DNA of 64,000 bases from Eledone cirrhosa (GCA_964016885.1 OZ024742.1:33666001-33730000), one strand, 5' to 3'; numbered from the stretch's first letter, positions 40,264-55,858 are shown. Program-made: numbers and translations. Notes: generated by a model from the letters alone, not told the origin.

Positions 40264-41284
40264 ATGAGCGAGCTTCCTGAAGAATCCGGCGCTCGAGTTT
40301 ATATAATTATTACATAATTATTGGAAAACTCAAAACACGGACGAAACCATGGTAGAGGTATTTAAATGTATTCTATTTTCTCCTAGTTTATTTTAAACCT
40401 AATTATGCTTAGTTGACTCTATCTAGGCGATTACGCTGTCGAAATATTCGATAAATATTCCACTACGGCCGACGCGAAGCGCTAGTTTTGGTTATTTGTC
40501 GGAGATTCCTTCATAGAAGCCTCATTCGTATAGCCTGGTCTATTCAGTTTTTTATATAGTTAATTATGCTAATTGGGAGAGGAAATAGTATATATTTTAT
40601 CTTGTGATTCTATAGACATGTTTTATGATATATAGCTCTGATTGTTTAATTTACTAATTTTTCATTGAGCCAAAAAGTGACCAGTTGCAAAACACGTATA
40701 TGTATGTGTATGTATATATATATGTAAACTTTTATATGTAATAATCTCCCACTAGGTTGAGATACAAATTTGGCTGTATTGTGCTGTGCTTTCTAGCAAA
40801 AATGCCACCAGTCGTAAGCAATTACCACACCCCTTCCAACTTGACCGCGACTACGTCACGATTTTTAGCCATTTTGAAATGAATTTTTGGCGCGATCGTT
40901 TTGAAAAATTTAATGTCTAGATATGAGCGAGCTTTCTGAAGAATCCAGTGCTCGAGTTTACATAATTATTACATAATTATTGGAAAACTCAAAATACGGA
41001 CAAAACCATGGTAGAGGTATTTAAATGTATTCTATTTTCTCCTAGTTTATTTTAAACCTAATTCTGCTTAGTTGACTGTATCTAGGCGATTACGCTGTCG
41101 AAATATTCGATAAATATTCCAATGCGGCCGACGCGAAGCGCTAGTTTTGGTTATTTGTCGGAGATTCCTTCATAGAAGCCTCATTCGTATAGCCTGGTCT
41201 ATTCGATTTTTTATATAGTTAATTATGCTAATTGAGAGAGGAAATAGTATATATTTTATCTTGTGATTTTATAGACATGTTTTA

Positions 41285-41290
<6 letters not shown>
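40264..41290 (+). mobile_element. non-coding retrozyme-like/PLE-derived unit: two approximately 365-bp direct repeats each with an HHR, period 659 bp
   Basis: repeats start at 40264 and 40923; no ORF; (TA)n on both sides; inverted tail copy at 41792-41892. Confidence 0.75.
40273..40358 (+). ncRNA. type I hammerhead ribozyme
   Basis: CTTC-CTGAAGA-ATCCG..CGGAC-GAAA-CCATGG-TA-GAGG; GUA triplet at 40352-40354; the second copy has GAAA changed to AAAA. Confidence 0.8.
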
Positions 41291-41331
<41 letters not shown>

Positions 41332-41400
41332 CATAAATATATACATATACATATACATATATATATATACATATATATATATATACATATATATAATAAT

Positions 41401-41473
<73 letters not shown>

Positions 41474-41676
41474 TATATACATATACATATATATATATAT
41501 ACATATACATATACATATATATATACATATATATATACATATACATATATATATACATATATATATATACATATATATAATAATATATATACATATATAT
41601 ATATACATATATATATATACATACATATATATATATATATACATATATATATATGTATATATATATTATATATATG

Positions 41677-41707
<31 letters not shown>

Positions 41708-41744
41708 GTATATGTATATGTATATATATATGTATATGTATATA

Positions 41745-41793
<49 letters not shown>

Positions 41794-42037
41794 GAAAAAT
41801 TAGTAAATTAAACAATCAGAGCTATATATCATAAAACATGTCTATAGAATCACAAGATAAAATATATACTATTTCCTCTCCCAATTAGCATATATATAAA
41901 TATATATATAATAAATATATATATTTAAAAAAAAAAAATAAGACTCCAGTTGCATTTTCGATTTCATCCCTTTTTCTTTATACTTCCACTCGTGTAGGAC
42001 ACCTCAGTTATTTTTCATTTTGTAAAAAAAACCTCAC

Positions 42038-42104
<67 letters not shown>

Positions 42105-42107
<3 letters not shown>

Positions 42108-42896
42108 TCATTCGGGTGAAACTCTAGTGGCTTCCAATAACATCAGAGACCTGGGAGTGATTGTGGACAACAATATAAGTTGGGCCACTCATATAAACAG
42201 CAAAGTTGATATGGCCCGCAGAATGTGTTCCTGGATTCTCAGAACCTTCCAGTCGAGAGATATCCACACTGTTATCCTTCTCTTTTCCACTTTTGCCCGA
42301 CCCCACCTTGAATACTGTTGTCCACTGTGGTCACCCCAGACGAAACAACGTATCATGAAAGTTGAAGCACCCCAAAGGTCAATTACAAAAAAGATAGATG
42401 GAATGACAGGCCTCGACTATTGGGGTCGATTAGAAAAGCTCAAACTTTATTCTCTTCAACGTCGCCGTGAGCACTACATTATCTGTATGATGTGGAAAAT
42501 ATTCCATCAGCTTAGCCCAAATGATGTTGGCATCACCTTTAATGTACACCCAAGGCTTGGGCCCCGTGCTATCCGCCCACGACAAAAATCCCACTTGCAT
42601 CACATAACAACAATACGGCACAATTATTTCACCTCAATTGGCCCTGCACTCTAACATTACACCAAAACACATCAAAGCAGAGACAGACCCCATCAAATTC
42701 AAGAAGTCTTTGGATAAATTCCTTCAAGAAATCCCGCATAATCCTCCTACACCCTGACTCGGTAAACAATAACTCTCTGCTCGAGTGGGCCATGGTGCCC
42801 AAACACTGATTTGTAAGACTTCGCCAGGTGGTGCTATTAAGTTACACATGGCCTGGGCCAATACTAGCCGAAAGTTATCAAAGTTATCAAAGTTAT
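42105..42896 (+). mobile_element. 5'-truncated CR1-clade LINE (RT C-terminus) with AAAGTTATC tandem tail
   Basis: RDLGVIVDNNISW..HI, RPHLEYCCPLWSP, EAPQRSITK, LYSLQRRR. Confidence 0.92.
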
Positions 42897-42930
42897 ATAT
42901 ATATATATACACACACATATATATATATAT

Positions 42931-43331
<401 letters not shown>

Positions 43332-43407
43332 AACACACATACACGTGTTGGCACACGACCATACACACATACACAGACCGATTTTTTATCATTATTATAA
43401 AGAGTGG

Positions 43408-43625
43408 AAGGGCGATGGATTGGCAGTATCGGTAGAGCATCGGACAACATGTTTTGTGGCATATTGTTACTGCGTTCTGAGTTCAAATCCCGCTGAGGTT
43501 AGCTTTGCCTTTCATCCTTACGGGGTCGCTAAAATAAAGTAGCAGTAACACACTGGGGTCAATTCAATCGACTTTCCCCTCCCTCAACAAATTATTTGCC
43601 ATGTGTCTAAAGTAGAACCCATTAT
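43408..43625 (+). mobile_element. SINE with TSD ATTATTATAAAGAGTG
   Basis: family match with duplicated flank at 43391 and 43621. Confidence 0.9.
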
Positions 43626-44450
43626 TATAAAGAGTGAAGTAAAAGACATGGACATCAGAGATTACTTATTGCGGAATGTAAAAGAATGTAAAATGTTTAA
43701 GTTTTACATTCAAGTACACGCAAGTACACGTGGGTGCATTTATCAATATTTTAGATTTGGCTTCACCAATGTTCCTTTATATTTTCAAGATATCTTTATA
43801 TTGCAAGATATGGTATTAGGATTGGTGCTCTGAAATAGCGATATATAAGTGAATGTATGTATATTATATTTGGCAATATACCGTATGTTTAATTAAAAAC
43901 ATTTAAAAGACCATACGCTATCAGTTTTAAAACATTCTAAATATTAGAATATTTGTATATTTGGCGATATACCGTATGTTTAATTAAAAACACTTAGAAG
44001 ACCATATACTATCGGTTTTAAAGTCTTAAAACCGATAGCGTATGGTCTTTTAAATGTTTTTAATTAAACATACGGTATATTGCCAAATATACTACATACA
44101 TTGCAAGATATCTTTATTGAGATAGCTCTACTCGTAATTATGGTAGAAAATAACACATCCGTCCATAAGATACTCCTTTGAGGATATTCAGACTGATTTC
44201 TGTGGTAATGTCCCCGCCAAAAAGGTAGCCTACCATCGGATGTTCCATTTATTTTCATATTGTGCCGTTTTCCGACCCCTCTGATCGGTTGTGCCACACT
44301 TGTATGTTAAACACTCCTTGTTTGTTGTTACCGTCTCTATCTGTCTTCTTACCGATCTGCATTTTTGAGAAATTGCCTTTAATTAATGCAACACTCTGCT
44401 GTTCTCTGAATTCTTGGATTCTTACATTTTTTTCTCTCTTTCTCTCCTTC

Positions 44451-44535
<85 letters not shown>

Positions 44536-44537
<2 letters not shown>

Positions 44538-44713
44538 AGGGAGTGTAACGTATTCATTTTCTACTAGCATTTTAAAGGGTCCGTCGAGCTGCCGATTATA
44601 GAGTCAGGTAAGATCGATACAGATGGAACCTTGAGCTGATCAGTGGCGAAACGCGCGTCACCTACCAATAAATGTAATGAAGGAGTAACCAATCGTCCTT
44701 GTTATCTTTTCAA
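44536..44713 (+). mobile_element. (TA)n-flanked PLE-like tail
   Basis: CGAAACGCGCGTC (HHR 3' half) followed by AATAAA; the 5' core is non-canonical. Confidence 0.45.
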
Positions 44714-44739
44714 TATATATATATATATATATATACACA

Positions 44740-44923
<184 letters not shown>

Positions 44924-45177
44924 GTGGCATTGGGGAAAGAGATGACAAATAATGCAAAAGAAAATAATATTATTTTCCCAATATATTTCATCATAATACT
45001 TTAAGGTATAAACTTCCTTTTCAAACGAAAACGAAAAAAACGTTGAAAGAGGACGTATCGTTTTTTATTTCTATTTGAAAAGGTTTTTTACCTTCAAATA
45101 TTATCATGAAAAAATATCCTGGGTAAAAAACAAATATCTTGGTTTGTTTTATTTGTTATTCTTTACCCTAATACCAC

Positions 45178-45275
<98 letters not shown>

Positions 45276-45745
45276 TTCTCCCTCATTGTACCGGCTTTCT
45301 GAAGTTCTTATCACTTTTTACGCACGCACACACACACACATTATTGAATTTATTTAAAGTTAGAACGTTAAACGTACGGTTTTCTCTATGACTACATTGT
45401 TAGACTATTCTTCATAGTCAAACAAGTGTGTTGAAGCTTCTCACTTTAACTTGTAGTTTTCACTTTTCGTTAGTAAAATCTAACTTGTGGACTAATTATG
45501 GAACTGTTACTGAAGAAGCAGCTTACCGAATAGTTTTCTCAACGTGTATAATTGAATCCTGTGATATAGTATTCCAGGTGTTAATCCACGGGTGTTTTAC
45601 AGGTTTCAATAATTCCCGAAGTACGTATAAATCCATATATTAGGAAAAACAGACATGGTGTGATTAGAAAGAAAAAATTATTTAATAACGCATTCTAACA
45701 CGTGTTTCATCATCAAACCATACAGATCCACACATGCAATAGCAT

Positions 45746-45926
<181 letters not shown>

Positions 45927-46399
45927 TATCAATTTGATGTTTAAATTTCACAATGTATGAGTCTTGTTTCTGTTTTAGAAATCGTCTCTGTCTAATAGTG
46001 AAAAAAAAAACCCAGAAGAACATTCATACATACATACAGGTTATATACCAGCCCGCTTGGACCAAAGTATAACTGAACCTGGATTTGTGGACAAAGAATT
46101 CACCAGGCTAATTCATGGCTGCGATAGCTGGCACCTTCAAAATTTGCAAAACATTCTTACTATTCAAGGGATGACAATTTCTTTTCTTTTACAACCTTGC
46201 CACCAGGAAGGTGGCCGGTCAAAAATGTAATCGAAATTAAGAGAAAGAGAAACATACAGACATACATAATGGTTGCACGACCCGACCCTGTGCTCGTTGT
46301 ACTGGGTTACATGTTATCAGTAGTGCTGAAGAGCGATCATACATACATACATACATACGTACATACATACATACGTACATACATACATACGTACATACA

Positions 46400-46882
46400 T
46401 ACATACGTACGTACATACATGATGGCTGCCCCCTCGTTATCGAGTATGGCCATTGCACGAGCAAAAAAAAAATATATATATATACACACAGATACATACA
46501 TATATACATATACATACACATACATATACATACACATACTAATAACAACAATAATAATAATAATAATAATAACAACAATAATAATAACGACAACAACAAC
46601 AATAATATACATATACATATATATATACACACACACGCACACATAAACATATCTATACACACACACGCACACACATAAACATATCTATACACACACACGA
46701 TAGCAACTAACAGCGCTGCGATCGAATGTGGCTTTTTAGCCCAGCCAATGATCTAAAATGTCTTGCACAGAGTCGGCAACCAAAACATTCACTGGGAATA
46801 GTCGGTTGTGGTTGGAGTTCGTGTACTTTTGCATGTCGCTTGAGCCCTCCTGCTGATTTACATTCTCTACCACATGCTTGGC
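46400..46882 (-). mobile_element. RTE-like LINE extreme 3' end with two C2H2 fingers, split by microsatellites
   Basis: CQACGRECKSAGGLKRH..CRLCARHFRSLAGLKSH and terminal stem-loop CTCGATAACGAG before (ATGT)n. Confidence 0.55.
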
Positions 46883-47029
46883 ATACATACATTCATACAT
46901 ACATACATACATACATACATACATACATACATACATACATACATACATACATACATACATACATTCATACATACATACATACATACATACATACATACAT
47001 ACATACATACATACATACAAACATACATA

Positions 47030-47408
47030 CAGGTCTGAGACTTGGACACTGACCAAGAAACTCACTCAGATGGTGGATGGGTGCTAGACGAGAATGCTGA
47101 GGATGGCTCTGAACATTAATCAGTATACACTGAGGATAAAGAACTCAGAGCTGTACGGGAGCCTCCCAAAAGTCAGCTCGAATGTAACACAGGAGACTCA
47201 GGTTAGCTGGACATGCTCATCGACATCCAGAGTTGACACTGCACTCAGTGCTCCTGTGGGAGCCCCTGCATGGACCGAGGTTAACATGTTGATGCCCTAA
47301 GGACAGACACTGGTCTGTTGGAGACGCAGAACATGGCAGCGATGATGAGGGCCAGAGACCGCTGGAGAGAACTCGTACATGGTTCTCGGGAATTTTACCC
47401 GCCCTAGA
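47030..47408 (+). mobile_element. RTE-clade LINE 3' fragment (same family as 42975-43206)
   Basis: SETWTLTKKL..DGC*TRMLRMALNI..ELYGSLPKVS; shared end AATTTTACCCGCCCTAGATA. Confidence 0.85.
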
Positions 47409-47699
47409 TATACATACATATATACATAAAAACAACAATATACATATTCCTTTGCCAAATAATTATATTCCGTATGTAAATTGATGTTAATTTTCTTTTA
47501 ATGTTTTACAATGGAAATGAAAAAAAAATCCAACCTTTCTTTATTCATAATAGAGTATAAAAGAAAAATCAAAAAGGCGAAAAAATATAGATAATAATAA
47601 CAACAATAATAACAATGAATTGTGATTAAATTACATAAACCTATGTGTTTGTTATATACTGATAAAGTAGTATAACACACGTAGGACATAATTAAGGCA

Positions 47700-48320
47700 A
47701 GATAGATAGACAGTTAGAAAGATAGACAGTTAGAAAGATAGACAGACAGACAGAAAGATAGATAGACAGTTAGAAAGTTAGAGAGTTAGAAAGTTAGACA
47801 GTTAGAAAGATAGACAAATAGACAGTTAGACAGATAGACAGTTAGACAGATAGACAGTTAGACAGTTAGACAGTTAGAAAGATAGACAGTTAGAAAGTTA
47901 GACAGATAGACAGTTAGACAGATAGACAGTTAGAAAGATAGACAGTTAGACAGTTAGACAGATAGACAGATAGACAGAAAGATAGATAGACAGTTAGAAA
48001 GTTAGACAGTTAGACAGTTAGACAGACAGACAGTTGGACAGATAGACAGTTAGAAAGATAGACAGTTAGACAAATAGACAGTTAGAAAGATAGACAGTTA
48101 GACAAATAGACAGTTAGAAAGATAGACAGTTAGAAAGATAGACAGTTAGACAAATAGACAGTTAGAAAGATAGACAGTTAGACAGTTAGACAGACAGACA
48201 GTTGGACAGATAGACAGTTAGAAAGATAGACAGTTAGACAAATAGACAGTTAGAAAGATAGACAGTTAGAAAGATAGACAGACAGACAGAAAGATAGATA
48301 GACAGTTAGAAAGATAGATT
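47700..48320. repeat. GATAGACA/GTTAGAAA 8-bp-based satellite
   Basis: direct reading. Confidence 0.92.
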
Positions 48321-48565
48321 GATAGAGGATGGATAGATAAATAGAGGCTAGATAGACAGATTGAAGACAGATAAGTCGTTAGATAGATGGTAGGTACATA
48401 GATAGATGGGTAGACAGTTAGATAGTAAGGTAGGTAGATAGATAAATGGATAGAAAGGTAGGTGGATAGATGGTTAGATACATTGATAATTGTATATATA
48501 TATGGAGATAGGTAGATTGATACGTAGGTGTATAGATATGTGCGCGCGCACACACACACACACAT

Positions 48566-48604
<39 letters not shown>

Positions 48605-48694
48605 CATACATATATATACATATACAGTGTAGTAAATGTTTGGTAGAAATATCCAAGGGTAAGAGCACTCAGTCCATAGGACGAGTTAAGTATG

Positions 48695-48764
<70 letters not shown>

Positions 48765-48778
48765 TACACACAAACATG

Positions 48779-48854
<76 letters not shown>

Positions 48855-48855
48855 C

Positions 48856-48890
<35 letters not shown>

Positions 48891-48907
48891 TACATACACA
48901 CAAATGC

Positions 48908-49011
<104 letters not shown>

Positions 49012-49184
49012 CTATATATATATGTATATATATATTTATATATATATGACGTTTCAAAATTTTGGCCCACCCAAGAAATGTATTTAACATAATTTCAGTT
49101 AAAAATGTATTTATTTAAATTAGTTCTATTTCACAATACTTGTTCAAAATTTATGGACGTAAAAACTAAATAAGTATATTTTAA

Positions 49185-49810
49185 ACTGTTTCTCCAGCCG
49201 CAACCTGGCGCAGTCTGTGACTAACACAGGTACGGCAGCACGTCGGGCTGAGGCAACCTGGCGCAGTCTGTGACTAACACAGGTACGGCAGCACGTCGGG
49301 CTGAGGCAACCTGGCGCAGTCTGTGACTAACACAGGTACGGCAGCACGTCGGGCTGAGGCAACCTGGCGCAGTCTGTGACTAACACAGGTACGGCAGCAC
49401 GTCGGGCTGAGGCAACCTGGCGCAGTCTGTGACTAACACAGGTACGGCAGCACGTCGGGCTGAGGCAACCTGGCGCAGTCTGTGACTAACCCAGGTACTG
49501 CTGCACGTTGGGGGGCTGAGGAGGTGAAACTCTCCAAGTACCAGTCGCTCTCCGACAGGTTCGCGGTCGTGCCCTTGGCAGTGGAGACTTCTGGTGTCCT
49601 TGGCCCTAGGGCTACCTCCCTACTCACCACCATAGGCGCTGAGTTGACCAACCGCACGCGTGAGCCTCGCGAGTTGGAATGACTCTTCCAGCGCATCTCC
49701 CTTACCATCCTCCGGAGAAACGCCTTCTCCATCCTGTCCGCCGGGGCTGTGGGGAGGCCAGAACGTAGGACGCCATTTGCTCACCATACGGATTAACCAC
49801 ACTGTTTGAC
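49185..49810 (+). mobile_element. CRE 3' fragment with 6 x 53-bp tandem repeat (49200-49518), ending at (CA)n
   Basis: same unit phase as the 10277 array; EEVKLSKYQSLSDRFAVVPLAVETSGVLG. Confidence 0.9.
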
Positions 49811-50198
49811 ACACACACACACAAAATCTATCTATCTATTATAGCGTTAGATTACATGTCCCATTGGGCCAGACGTTTGAAACAGCCTATTTAATAAAAA
49901 ATTTGTTATGCAGGTTGCACCTCAGTTCCGTCATCAACTTCAGTTTCGTTATCAGCAACCTCAAAGTTGTCGTGGTTCAATTTCAATTTCGTCATCGCTT
50001 GTCTCAATTTCGTCGCCGTTAAATTCAGCCCGGTGTTAATCAAATAATGTACATTGATCAATTGTAAGCTGGCTTTGATTACCGAATAGGATTGTATAGG
50101 ATTTTGTTTAAGAATATGTTCAGGGTTAAGATACGTGAATAATGAACAAAAGGTGAAACTGGTGTTATTAGCGTTTGTCTTTATTGTGTTGTATTATT

Positions 50199-50455
50199 CC
50201 AGCAAAAGAGCCCGTCGTTGCCGGACACACCTTTCACCACTGTAAATAAAGATCCCCTCTCTCTCCTGAACATGGCCGTCTTTAAATAGACCCAGAACTC
50301 TACTATTTTAGGTGAGAGAAAGATCTAAACTATATGTTGACATGCCTCGGGAGGTAAATAAACTATGTATCAAATTTCAACAAAATCGGATGGAAACTGT
50401 GGAAATGCATCGCCTGCATACAGACAGACAGACATTTTCATTTATATATATATAT
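50199..50455 (-). mobile_element. short non-autonomous Helitron-like element
   Basis: end AAATTTCAACAAAATCGG..ACAGACAGACATTTTCATTTATATATA resembles 35769-35865; degenerate CCAG plus hairpin at the other end. Confidence 0.55.
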
Positions 50456-50611
50456 TATGTAATTTTAACTGTATGTATATTTACATAATGTAGGTAGTGA
50501 AGTTTTTAAATATAAATTTATAATCTTATGAAAAACTTAAACATTTTACATTCTTTTACATTCCGCAATAAGTAATCTCTGATGTCCATGTCTTTTACTT
50601 CACTCTTTATA

Positions 50612-50962
50612 ATAATGGTTTCTACTTTAGACACATGGCAAATAATTTGTTGAGGGAGGGGAAAGTCAATTAAATCGACCCCAGTTCGTTACTGGTACTT
50701 TATTTTAGCGACCCCGTAAGGATGAAAGGCAAAGCTAACCTCAGCGGGATTTGAACTCAGAACGTAAATCGCAGTAACAATATACCACAAAACATTTTGT
50801 CCGATGCTCCAACGATACTGCCAATCCATCGCCCTTCCACTCTTTATAATAATTGTTTCTACTTTTGGCACAAGGCCAGCAATTACCCAGTGTATTACTG
50901 GTATTTTATTTTATTGACCCCGTAAAGATGAAAGGCAAAGTTAACCTCGGCGTGATTTGAAC
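50612..50962 (-). mobile_element. two adjacent SINEs
   Basis: family match at 50612-50835 and 50850-50962. Confidence 0.85.
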
Positions 50963-51077
50963 TTATAATAATGATAAAAAATCGCTCCATCTACAGTAAT
51001 GACGAAATTGAGGTAGAAACTCAGTGTAATACACCCACACACATACACTCACACACACTCACATACACACTCACACA

Positions 51078-51203
<126 letters not shown>

Positions 51204-51624
51204 CAAGTAAAAGAGAGAAAAAGAGACTAGAGAAATGATAAAAAGAAATATATACGGTAGAAATATATACAGTAGAGAGGGTGATATAGAAAGATAGAGT
51301 AAAAAAGGAAAAACAGTGAAAATGAATGCATGCACGACTTCGATCTCCACTTGGTGTCATTCTCTTTGTATTGAACATTTTTGAAGCGGAGTTTTGTAAT
51401 AAGAGATGGAAAATATAACGAATAAAGAGAGTTTATAGAAGCAAAGAAAACGAAAGATTGGAGAATAAGAGGGAAATGAAAAGAAGCGAAATAATAAAAA
51501 AATGGGGAAGAAAAACTTGGAGAAAGATAAAAATAGTTAGACGAATAAGAATGAAAATATAGATAAAAGGAGAGCATAAAAGAGTTTAAAGATGGAAATA
51601 AAGTGAAAAAGGGTGAATGGTTGT

Positions 51625-51800
51625 GGAAAGAAAGGAAGTGAGAAGTATACCGGAAGAAGAGGAAAGAAAGGAAGTGAGAGATATACCGGAAGAAGAGGAG
51701 AGAAAGGAAGTGAGAGGTATACCGGAAGAAGAGGAAAGAAAGGAAGTGAGAGATATACCGGAAGAAGAGGAAAGAAGGAAGTGAGAGATATACCGGAAGA
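51625..51800. repeat. about 5 x 36-bp purine-rich tandem repeat
   Basis: GAAAGAAAGGAAGTGAGAGATATACCGGAAGAAGAG. Confidence 0.9.
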
Positions 51801-51918
51801 AAAGGAAAGAAAGAGACGTTAAAACAGAGAATTGAAGGGAAGTAATTGTGAAAAGCTAGACAAGAAAGATGGCAATTGTAATAAATTATTGAAATAAACG
51901 AGTAAGAAAGAGAGAGAA

Positions 51919-51978
<60 letters not shown>

Positions 51979-52579
51979 GGATAGAGAGAGAGAGAGAGAG
52001 ATCTCCATAGAAAACCAACAAACAAAATAACCAAAATATACCAAACAAAATATAAGCCCCCCCCCCCCCCCCCCCCCCCTCCCCCCCCCCCCCCCCCCCA
52101 CACACACATGCTCATTGAAAAAACAACAAAACTACAATCAAAATACGAGGGAAATTGGTTTGCAAGATAGAAAATGTTTGAGATGAAATAAGGATGAGAA
52201 TTTGAAATAAATGTGGTTGTTTTTGCCGTTATTGTTTGGCTCCAAGTCAGCCGTGATTAAGCCAACCTATGATCACATGTATTCTAGTCATGACTCTCAC
52301 ATTATTTTTAAATTTTGTGTCACTGACTACATTAACCAACGTGTCTTTCCTTTCTTCTTTAAGTGTGATTTGAGGAAGAATTCATTGCTATTTCTAGCAG
52401 GTTGCATGACTACGTAAAGGTTTCTCTCAAAAAATAACAAACACGGTTTTAATGATGAGGTTAAAATGCTGAAAATTTGTGACAAGCGTAGCTAAATCTA
52501 TCTCAATAACCGTATGTGTATATACAAGCTAATTTAACATGTAAGGTATACCTTTTTTTTAATAATAATTTTTACTGTT

Positions 52580-53222
52580 AATAATAATTGTTTCTACTTT
52601 TGGCACAATGCCAACAATTACCCCAGTGTATTACTGGTACTTTATTTTATCAACCCCCGTAAGGATGAAAGGCAAAGTTAACCTCGGCGGGATTTGAACT
52701 CAGAATGGCAAGGGCCGTAACTCTCTGCGTCAAAGCATGGCGTCTGACCCTCTACCGATACTGCCAATCCACTTCTGTTAATAATGGTTTCTTATATAGG
52801 CGCAAGGCCAGCAATTTTTGGGGAGTGGAAAGTCGATTAAATCGACCCAGCGCATGACTGGTACTTTATTTTATCGACAACCGGAAAGATGAAAAGTAAA
52901 GTTGATCTCATCGGGATTTGAACTTAGAATATAAAGAGTCAGAAAAATACCGCAAGGCATTTTACCCGCCGTTCTGTCAACTACTTCACTTTGTTTTAAT
53001 AATTGTTTCTACTTTAGGCACAAGACCAGCAATTTGAAGGGGAGGGGGAAAGTTGATTAAATCGAGTCCAGTGCATTACTGGTGCGTTATTTTATCAATC
53101 CCGTAAGGATGAAAGGCAAAGCTAACCTCGACGGGATTTGAACTCAGAACTTAAAGGGCCATAACTCTATGCTGCACAGCATGATGTTTGACGCTCTACT
53201 GATACTTCCAATCTACCGCCCT
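52580..53222 (-). mobile_element. three head-to-tail SINEs of different subfamilies
   Basis: cores at about 52640, 52860 and 53085. Confidence 0.88.
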
Positions 53223-55747
53223 CTACTTTATTTTAATAATAAACAAATAATTTTAATCACAAAGTGAGAAATAACTGGAATGGATTCACAACTGGTTTTA
53301 ATCTCTCAGATAGCAAAAGTGAGTCTGATCTGACTAGATTTAGGTCGTGTTAGACCTCCAACAAAGAAAAAAATACCCATTTTCTGTCCACGGAAAGATT
53401 ACGAAATTATAGATATTTATGTATACAAAAACGAAATATGTTAATCGTAAATCAAACCATAGAAACTATATTTACATTTTCTTTCAATTGCCGATACATA
53501 TCTACTGGTCACAACTCCTGGCAGAAATGTCACCGTCTCTCCGGTGGCAAGAAACGGAAATTGATATCATAACTAGAACATAAAACGCAAAGTTCCCTTT
53601 CCTACATTTTATAAACTATCAGAAAAACCAGCCTTCGGGTGAGTTTTCTGCTAGCATGTGTAGTGTGCATATTGATATTATACGCAAGTATATATGCATG
53701 TAGATATGATACATCAAATAAAATCGTAATTGACAATATACACAGAAATTGAACGAAGACTGCGTTACACTGTCTTATGTAATCAGTAATGTAATCCACG
53801 ATACATTAAAAAAAGACGATATTATATATAAACTGTATTACGAGAAAATTAGTGACGGAAATATATGAATGTTTATTTAAACGATCGCTAACCGGAAATG
53901 TTGACATTTGAAAATGTTAAAGATGTGAATCTTTAAATAAGCAATAAAATATATTTAATCAAAAGCTACGAAATTTAGTAGATAAATTATGTAATATTCA
54001 TCCATTATTTATTCAAAGTAATCCAACTTATTTTACAAACGGGATAAACAATTATATTCTGGATGCAGTCCCGCACTCCTTTCTTTACTATAGTTAAGAT
54101 TCCACTAACGCACCACCTCTGAACTGTTCTTATCAATCCCGAAATAATGAAAAACAAAGTTGCCCTTGTCAGAATTTGATCTTTGGATCGGAACAAATTG
54201 TGAGGCCTTTAATCAGACGTTCTGACGACTTTGCCAGTTACCACCGAAATGTGTAGAAACTTGAAAACGTGTATATAAACTTGGTCTTGGCTAAGTTGTT
54301 CAAGCAAAACTGCATTATAGTGCATACACTGATAATGTAGATTAATTTATTCATATTGTACTACACAGAGTTTTCAGTTAATTTGAGAAGGAATAAATTA
54401 AACTAGTTTAATTCGGCATCCAGCCTTTTCTAGCCAAACACAGGTAACATCTGCGATGTAACTTTGTTTGCGTTTCACAGTGAGGTTAAAATTGTATGTT
54501 TGGAAATGTGAGAATTCCAAACGCAGAAAATAACTGTAATGACAATTGGTCTTATAGATAATAGCTAAGAAAATTGGTTAAATTACTCCGAGAGACGGAA
54601 AAAAAGTGGCCACTTTATTTCGTCTCCAGGGTTAGTCTAGAGATCTGTCAACTCTCCCCTTGGGGTGGGTGTGAGATATCTTCTCTTGTGAAAATGGGTA
54701 TAGCTTTCATTATGTAAAATCTCCCCATTTTGCCTCCTTTCTCCTCGTTTGGGGACACTTTTTTCAATGGTACTCCCCGTTTAAGTTTTTATAGGTTGGT
54801 AGGTTTGAGTCTACCTAATCTTTTCAGCTATTATCTATCGTGATCGACTGTGATTAAAGTTATTTTTGTGCGTTTAGGATTCTCACATTTCCATGTTTTC
54901 AAATCTTAAATACCCAGCGCTTTGAAACTTCGTAAGATTTGATTAATATGGTATACGGTACGTTTCGGATAACGTCGTATAGTGGTTTAAGAATCAATTA
55001 ATCAATTTACATTGTCAACACATACAAACAATTCTAATTTGTATACTCCATAAAGATCTAAAAGCTACTGATCACTTAATGGACAGAAGCTGGTTATTCT
55101 ACCTCTCACAACGATATAAGATGTAAAGCTAATCAGAATTTTCTCACATTTTGTAGAGATAGAATGATAAAACCTGTTTTGTAATCACTTTTTTAGCGAA
55201 GCAAATAAAAGTGTATATTGATTTAAAAAGGTATACCTTTCATCTCAAATTGTACATAATCGATGTATAGTGCACTATAAATTAATGCAAACAAAGGTGC
55301 AGAAAAAATACACAATACCTGTATGAATTTCACCCCACCCTCATTCCCTCACCTTTCCTTCCCATTCACTCATACACGCATAAATATGCATACACTCACG
55401 CACTTACAATACACACGCAAATAACCACCCTCATACGCATACACGCACACACGCAGTTAAGTTGGTATGGTGAGTATTAAAAATGATAACTAGAAATAAG
55501 TATGCGGTGAGGAAAAAGCAAACAATATTTGTCAATGACTAATATCATTTTAATTATTTTGGCAAGTATAGGAGACATCTCCAATCTTGTTTCGGTCTTA
55601 TTATGACCTCATCATATATATAAATTCACATATATACAATTCTTCTATAGTTATCTCGTAAAAAGTCTTTAGAAAACGTATACACACATTCAACCACCAT
55701 TATATATTTGTCTTTAAATATGCATTTGCTTATATATACACATACAA

Positions 55748-55858
<111 letters not shown>

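Noticed and set aside
46707-46892. Host C2H2 zinc-finger gene exon
   Set aside because: No TGEKP linker, embedded in (CATA)n and followed by an RTE-like terminal stem-loop; more likely a LINE C-terminus
47700-48320. Interstitial telomere
   Set aside because: Units are GTTAGACA/GTTAGAAA/GATAGACA, not TTAGGG
52057-52099. Poly-C tract as a functional G-quadruplex
   Set aside because: A simple homopolymer with no supporting context
55589-55614. Minus-strand HHR-like ATGATGA-GGTC..GACC-GAAAC
   Set aside because: First core base is wrong and stems I/III are not evident; a remnant at best
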